The translations under genes were made by a program, and so were the position numbers. A stretch of DNA of 63,934 bases, the filler included, from Octopus bimaculoides (taxonomy: Eukaryota), in NCBI RefSeq assembly GCF_001194135.2. It is 5 parts of 4 records of this genome, joined end to end, with 100 filler letters (N's around TTAATTAATTAA, not from the genome) between each part and the next. Parts side by side here need not be neighbours in the genome. Positions count along the whole stretch, not along the records: positions 59,644 to 61,867 come from NW_026342365.1; positions 61,968 to 63,934 come from NC_068983.1; 3 more parts are not named here. One strand, 5' to 3'. The notes below the pieces were generated by a model, which saw only the letters and a program-made list of their open reading frames with translations, was not told where the DNA came from and ran no database searches. Positions 61,451-63,934 of the stretch are shown piece after piece (position 1 is the first letter of the stretch; each line of letters begins with the position of its first letter).

Positions 61451-62289
61451 TCACCAGCATCGCCATCACCATCATCGCCACCACCGCCGCCGCGGTCATA
61501 ACCACCACCATCACCACAAGCACACTATGGCCATCATAACTACCACTCACTTCAGAACCACACCACCGCCATCACTTCCACTACCACCACCACCACCATC
61601 ACCATCACCACCACCACCACTATCACCAACGCCGCCACCATCTATGCCAGTAACTTGACGCCAATGACCTTTCCCAACTTAAAAGGTCGGTAAGGAAGGC
61701 AGACAGCCATCTTGTTTTAACTTTCCCCCATAAAATGGATGATTTAAAGTCAAAACCTCTCTTGTTTGGCAACATCGAGAGTCAGGTTCTTGGAGTTTGA
61801 CACACAGACACACAGACACACATACGCATATATACACACATATATACATATACATTCTTGACGTATANNNNNNNNNNNNNNNNNNNNNNNNNNNNNNNNN
61901 NNNNNNNNNNNTTAATTAATTAANNNNNNNNNNNNNNNNNNNNNNNNNNNNNNNNNNNNNNNNNNNNATATATATATATATATATATAGGACTACATCAA
62001 TGTGTTTTTCCTTTAAGATGGTAGGGTGAGATTTGAAAGAAATTCACTGCTAGCCTATTAGGCACCTATATAGATGTCCCACTTCATTACCTTGTATTTA
62101 GTTGCAGCCCTTTACATTTTGGGTTCAAATCCTACTGAACTCAAATTCTCCTTTCATCCTTCAGGGACCAAGAAAATAAAGTACCAGTTACATGCTGGGA
62201 CTGATTTAATGGACTGTTTCTTACCCCCAAATCACACTACAATTGACTTTGCTTCTTGTCCTTTGGAATTGATAAAATATGTTAATTCC

Positions 62290-62830
62290 TTTAATTCCAT
62301 GTGGAGAATTCCATCTGTCTCAACCTTTGGTAATGAATCATAGTTGTTCCTTGGTGTGAAGTAACCTACTGGTGCTTCAGTTTCTGTGGTCCTTTGCCAT
62401 GTTATCTGCCACACTTCTGTCTTCCATGGGGTGTCCATCAGAGAACTTGCTTTGTAATACTGGAAGCAGGTTTCCATATGCTGCATCCCAGCCAACCCCA
62501 TTTCTTCCTCTTGATCTGGGTTTGATAGGTTGCTGGTTTGCCTCTTCCCACAAAGTTTTGTTTGTGAGTTTCTCTTACCATCCCACCTAAGGATGTTCTG
62601 CAGACACCTGCTCACAAATATTTGTTGAAAGAGACTTTTGTAACTTGCCATGTTTCACACCCATACAACAAAACTGCCTTCACATTCGGGTTAAAGATCC
62701 TGAATTTTGTGTTTATTGACAAGGTTTGTAATACCCAGATTGGTCTGAGCATCCTGAAGACAGCTGTAGTTTTCATGATCTTTATTTTTCTGTCTTGATC
62801 AGTTTCACCTTTCTTGTTGATGATGCATCC
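62290..62830 (-). mobile_element. RTE-clade LINE ORF2 C-terminal fragment
   Basis: FQQIFVSRCLQNILR followed by W-rich motifs typical of RTE 3' ends. Confidence 0.6.
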
Positions 62831-63098
62831 TAAAATGTGCGTGTATGTGTGTGTGTTTGTATATGTGTGTGTATGTGTGTGTGTATGTGTATGTGTGTGT
62901 GCATACGTGTGTGTGTGTAAGGTACTCTGGGGAAATAGAGCCCAGCTAACTACATTGTTCAGTTAAAACAATGGTGATCTGTATATATTGTTATTCTTTT
63001 CTTATGAGTTGCAATTTGTAAAGCTGAGGTAGAATACCACTTATATACAGTGTTCATATATGTATGTACGAATGAGTATGTGTGTGTGCATGCATATA

Positions 63099-63716
63099 CA
63101 GTGATTCCTTGCCATATCACGGTTCACCTATCTCGGTTTATTACCTAAGCTTACATCAATTCCTACATGGTGTTGTTTTGCATTTATAATAAAATAAATA
63201 TAAACAAATTATAAAAATAATTTTAAAAAAGTGCGCAGGAGTGGCTGTGTGGAAAGTAGCTTGCTTACCAACCACATGGTTCCGGGTTCAGTCCCACTGT
63301 GTGGCACCTTGGCCAAGTGTCTTCTACTATAGCCTTGGGCCGACCAAAGCCTTGTGAGTGGATTTCGTAGATGGAAACTGAAAGAAGCCCGTCGTATATA
63401 TGTATATGTATATATGTGTGTGTGTGGCTGTGTTTGTCCCCGCCAACATCACTTGACAACCGATGGTGGTGTGTTTACGTCACTGTAACTTAGTGGTTCG
63501 GCAAAAGAGACTGATAGAATAAGTACTAGGCTTACAAAAATAAGTACTGGGGTCGATTTGCTCGACTAAAGGCGGTGCTCCAGCATGGCTGCAGTCAAAT
63601 GACTGAAACAGGTAAAAGAGCAAAAGAGTACAGTACTGTTTCTACTTCGTGGATTTTCACCTATCGGGGGTTTTGGGAATGTAACACCTGTGACTGTGAT
63701 AGTCAAGGGATTATTG
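63099..63716 (+). mobile_element. Tigger-like MITE interrupted by a SINE
   Basis: Both halves match 6007-6225. Confidence 0.8.
63233..63628 (+). mobile_element. SINE family A, full length
   Basis: gcgcaggagtggctgtgtgg ... ggtaaaagagcaaaagag. Confidence 0.9.
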
Positions 63717-63734
63717 CATATATATATATATATA

Positions 63735-63934
63735 TCATCATCATCATCGTTTAACGTCCGCTTTCCATGCTAGCATGGGTTGGACGATTTGACTGAGGAC
63801 TGGTGAAACCGGATGGCAACACCAGGCTCCAATCTAATTTGGCAGAGTTTCTACAGCTGGATGCCCTTCCTAACGCCAACAACTCAGAGAGTGTAGTGGG
63901 TGCTTTTACGTGTCACCCGCATGAAAACGGCCAC
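63735..63934 (-). mobile_element. 3' UTR end of the RTE LINE (same family as 22320)
   Basis: (CAT)n-cgtttaacgtccgc...ggatgcccttcctaacgccaac matches 22322-22500; runs off the window. Confidence 0.9.

Noticed and set aside
1164-61658. Many ORF-track entries rich in X, YIYI, CVCV, poly-K/R/L/I/H
   Set aside because: They are translations of gaps and microsatellites.
63233-63310. tRNA-like A and B boxes
   Set aside because: These are SINE heads, not tRNA genes; no full cloverleaf is present.
1-63934. CRISPR arrays, operons, rRNA or other prokaryotic systems
   Set aside because: No regularly spaced repeat-spacer arrays, gene-dense segments or rRNA; the window is eukaryotic repeat-rich DNA.

Overview
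Repeat-dense, AT-rich eukaryotic genomic DNA with many assembly gaps. The SINE families, RTE LINEs and microsatellite load point to an octopus (coleoid cephalopod) genome; this is inferred from recognition, not from a search. Most of the window is decayed mobile DNA: two or three tRNA-type SINE families (>25 copies), LINEs (RTE, RTE-BovB, L1/Tx1, R4/Dong), Penelope-like elements (PLEs), mariner and maT transposase fragments, piggyBac-, Tigger-, hAT- and Helentron-type non-autonomous elements, Gypsy-like LTRs and simple repeats. No intact full-length gene is recognisable. A few short candidate exons occur on the minus strand (best: 27677-27884), inside a CpG-depleted domain (~17-28 kb) that looks like a methylated gene body. 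The most interesting signals are three hammerhead-ribozyme-like motifs (two copies of a variant with a CAUGAUGA core and a palindromic stem III, one near-canonical copy), several transposon derivatives built from two copies of the same end (foldbacks), a SINE whose 3' tail matches an L1/Tx1 LINE tail, and nested insertions that order local events. All coordinates were read by eye and may be off by a few bases.
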